This document shows, one piece after another, positions 61,466-64,000 of a stretch of 64,000 bases of DNA. The DNA is from Natronospirales bacterium (GTDB taxonomy: Bacteria; Pseudomonadota; Gammaproteobacteria; Natronospirales; REEB76): contig JAJYUH010000005.1 of the NCBI GenBank assembly GCA_021792635.1, positions 11,717 through 75,716 on the forward strand, read 5' to 3'. The translations under genes were made by a program, and so were the position numbers. Each line of letters begins with the position of its first letter. Position 1 is the first letter of the stretch. The notes beneath the pieces are model-generated. The model was not told the DNA's origin and did not search any database. It worked only from the letters and a program-made list of their open reading frames with translations.

Positions 61466-62827
61466 TTATTCCAGGCCCAGCTTCTTGATGCGGTAGCGCA
61501 GCTGGCGGAAGCTCATGCCCAGCAGTTTGGCGGCGGCGGTCTTGTTGTATTTGGCCTGTTCCAGCGCCTTGCGGATAGCGTCTTTTTCGACATCGTCCAG
61601 GTAACTCCCCAGGGGAACCGTGCGTTCATCCGCGGCAGGCAGCGGTGCGTGCGCGGCGCCGTTGATTCCTGTTTCCGCGGCTTTGCGCAAATGAATATCC
61701 TGGGCGCGGATCAGATTGTCCTCGGCGAGCGTGAGCGCCCGTTCCAGGATGTTTTCCAGTTCACGCACATTGCCGGGGAAGGCGTAGCTTTGCAGGAACG
61801 CCAGTGCGTCCGGTGCCGCCTGCAGCGGCGGGCGGCCGTGTGCGTGCGCGAGGCGTTCCAGGATATGTTCCGCCAGCACCACAATGTCTTCCTTGTGTTC
61901 CCGCAGGGCCGGCACGTGCAGTTCGATGACATTGATGCGGTAATACAGGTCCTCGCGGAACTTGCCCGCGTGCACCAGCTCCACCAGTGAATGGTGGGTG
62001 GCGGAGAGGATGCGCACGTCCAGCGGCACTTCCCTGGCCGCGCCCACGGGACGCGCGGCCTTTTCCTGGATCACGCGCAGCAGCTTCACCTGCATGTGCA
62101 GCGGCAGGTCCGCCACTTCGTCCAGGAACAGGGTACCGCCCTGGGCCGTCTGGAACAGGCCGTTCTTGTCGGCCACCGCACCGGTGAAACTGCCTTTCTT
62201 GTGGCCGAAGAATTCGCTTTCCATGAGCTCGGTGGGAATGGCGCCGCAGTTCACCGCCACGAATGCCTGCTCCGCGCGCGGGCCGTTCTCGTGGATGAGC
62301 CGTGCCACCAGCTCCTTGCCGGTGCCCGATTCACCGCTGATGTGCACCGGCGCCTGGCTGCGGGCGAGCTTGGCGATCATGCCGCGCACCTGCTCGATGG
62401 CCGGGGAATGGCCGAGCAGGCGCGTCATGCCGCGCCCGCTGCCGGGCTCGCGATTGTCGCGCAGCTTGAGCGCGGTGCTCACCAGGGCGCGCAGGTCGCC
62501 GATGTCGAGGGGTTTGGAAACGAAATCGAAGGCGCCGCTCTTCAGGGCCAGCACGGCGGTTTCCACATTGCCGTGGGCGGTAATGACCGCCACCGGCACC
62601 TGGGCCATGTGCTGCTGGATATAACTCACCAGTTCCAGACCGCTGCCATCCGGCAGTTTCATGTCCGTGAGGCACAGATCCACGGGGCGCGACTGCAGCA
62701 GGCGGCGCGCTTCGGTGAGGGTGCCGGCCGCGGCGCTTTCCACGTCCATGCGTTCCAGGGTGAGCTGCAGCAATTCGCGGATGGCGGGTTCGTCGTCCAC
62801 GATGAGAGCCAGGGGTTTGCCGTTCAT
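61466..62827 (-). CDS. pilR: Sigma54-dependent response regulator PilR
   Basis: Start at MNGKPLALIVDDEP (receiver). AAA+ domain with GESGTGKE and GAFTGA-like FTGA, C-terminal Fis-type HTH (AAAKLLGMSFRQLRYRIKKLG). Adjacent to a PilS-like kinase and sigma54-driven pilins. Confidence 0.88.
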   Translation of the reverse strand: MNGKPLALIVDDEPAIRELLQLTLERMDVESAAAGTLTEARRLLQSRPVDLCLTDMKLPDGSGLELVSYIQQHMAQVPVAVITAHGNVETAVLALKSGAFDFVSKPLDIGDLRALVSTALKLRDNREPGSGRGMTRLLGHSPAIEQVRGMIAKLARSQAPVHISGESGTGKELVARLIHENGPRAEQAFVAVNCGAIPTELMESEFFGHKKGSFTGAVADKNGLFQTAQGGTLFLDEVADLPLHMQVKLLRVIQEKAARPVGAAREVPLDVRILSATHHSLVELVHAGKFREDLYYRINVIELHVPALREHKEDIVVLAEHILERLAHAHGRPPLQAAPDALAFLQSYAFPGNVRELENILERALTLAEDNLIRAQDIHLRKAAETGINGAAHAPLPAADERTVPLGSYLDDVEKDAIRKALEQAKYNKTAAAKLLGMSFRQLRYRIKKLGLE

Positions 62828-62829
62828 CT

Positions 62830-64000
62830 TCAGGCCAGCCAGCTTTCCGGGGCGCCGAACAGGATGCGGAAGCAACTGCCGCCTTCCGCGCGCTGCTCGT
62901 AGGTGAGCCGCGCCCGGTTACATTCGCAGAGTTCACGGGCGATAAACAGCCCCAAGCCGGTGCCGCGGGGATTGGAAGTATAGAACGGCTCGAAAATGTG
63001 CTCGGCGATGTCCTCCGGTACGCCGACCCCGCGGTCCAGCACCGCCAGTTCGATGGCGCCGGGGGCCGCAAGTTCACCGATGCGGTATTCGATGAGCGGC
63101 ACGCTGTCGCCGTCCGCGGGCTGCCCGTAGCGCAGGGCGTTTTCCGACAGGTTCCAGGCGATCTGGTAGAGATGCGCCGGATCCACGCGCACGCGCACGT
63201 TGTCTTGCGTGTCCAGGCGCACTGCCAGAGCTTGGCCGTTAAGGCCCTGACGGTCGCGGAATTCCGCCACGAAATCCCTGAGCCAGCGGCCGAGCTCCAA
63301 TTCCTCCGCGCGCGCGACCTCGCGCCGCGACAACTGCAGGATGGTTTCCACCATGCGTTCCATGCGCCGTGCATGCTCGCTGATGATTTCCGTGAGCCGC
63401 CGGTCTTCGCCGCGCAGGTCGCTGGATTCGGCCAGTAACTGGTTGGCATGGCTGATGGCGGCGAGCGGATTGCGGATTTCGTGGGCGATGCTGCCGGTCA
63501 GGCGGCCCAGGGCGGCGAGTTTCATCTGGCGTATCTGCTCGCTTACCTCGCTCAGGTCTTCCAGGAAAATCAGCGTGCCGGTATTGTCGCCGGGCGCAAG
63601 CCGGGTGAAGTGGGGGGTCAGCGGTTTGCCGCCCTCGGTATTGAAGGAGGCGGATTGCCGGTAATCGCCCTTGCGCCAGGCGTCCAGTTCCTGCCTGAGA
63701 CGCGGCGAGAGTTCGTCGAGCTTCAGGCTATTCCCCTGGCGCTTGTCGAAATCGGCCAGCGCCGCTTCGTTGATGAGACGTACCCGGTCATTTTCGTCCA
63801 CCACCACCACGCCGGTGCGTATGCGGCGGATGATGTAGTCGTTGAGTTGCGCCAGATTCTGCAGGTCCACGCCGCGCTGCGTCGCCAGCGCCTCGCTTTC
63901 CCGCAGGCGGCGGCCCAGGTACGAGCCCGAGAGTGCGGCGATAAACAGGATCACGCCGATGAGACCCGACTGGATGTAGCCGTTGGGCGTCGCGGGGCCA
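62830..64000 (-). CDS. pilS: Sensor histidine kinase PilS, partial (N-terminus beyond the window end)
   Basis: H-box SIAHEIRNPLAAI, N/G boxes (NLSENALRY, DRGVGV, GTGLGL). The reading frame stays open past the track M at 63954 to the window edge. Confidence 0.85.
   Translation of the reverse strand, partial: GPATPNGYIQSGLIGVILFIAALSGSYLGRRLRESEALATQRGVDLQNLAQLNDYIIRRIRTGVVVVDENDRVRLINEAALADFDKRQGNSLKLDELSPRLRQELDAWRKGDYRQSASFNTEGGKPLTPHFTRLAPGDNTGTLIFLEDLSEVSEQIRQMKLAALGRLTGSIAHEIRNPLAAISHANQLLAESSDLRGEDRRLTEIISEHARRMERMVETILQLSRREVARAEELELGRWLRDFVAEFRDRQGLNGQALAVRLDTQDNVRVRVDPAHLYQIAWNLSENALRYGQPADGDSVPLIEYRIGELAAPGAIELAVLDRGVGVPEDIAEHIFEPFYTSNPRGTGLGLFIARELCECNRARLTYEQRAEGGSCFRILFGAPESWLA

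Overview
High-GC gammaproteobacterial chromosomal segment; composition statements here are eyeball estimates, not computed. About two thirds is conserved core with Pseudomonas-like synteny:
- dsbD (partial) and cutA
- groESL with a perfect CIRCE operator
- an FAD-oxidase, diaA, yraN and lpoA, divergent from rsmI
- RNase P RNA
- a complete dcw cluster, mraZ-rsmH-ftsL-ftsI-murE-murF-mraY-murD-ftsW-murG-murC-ftsQ-ftsA-ftsZ-lpxC, with no ddl or murB
- a DUF721/DciA-like gene, an M23 peptidase, secA and a mutT fusion
- yacG-zapD-coaE-pilD-pilC-pilB

There are two accessory regions.
1. A small islet at 3.8-6.1 kb holds a vapBC-type toxin-antitoxin pair, an IS110-family element and an IS scar.
2. An island of about 18.6 kb (40.8-59.4 kb) lies inside the type IV pilus locus, between pilB and two tandem sigma54-driven pilin genes that sit next to pilR/pilS.

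The island encodes:
- a translationally coupled CDP-hexose modification operon (rfbF, rfbG, epimerase, C-methyltransferase-like, aminotransferase, acyltransferase, CmcI-like methyltransferase, Wzx)
- three soluble glycosyltransferases
- a membrane-anchored GT2 of the polyprenyl-phosphate glycosyltransferase type
- two tandem paralogous large membrane proteins directly downstream of the pilins

Those two proteins combine a PMT/TMTC-like GT-C domain (FDD loop motif) with a C-terminal TPR-like domain. I read this as a candidate pilin O-glycosylation system of a type I do not know to be characterised. It is the top finding. Two more TA modules (vapBC-like, mazEF) are embedded in the same locus.

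All functional calls rest on my recognition of motifs in the supplied translations. No database search was possible.
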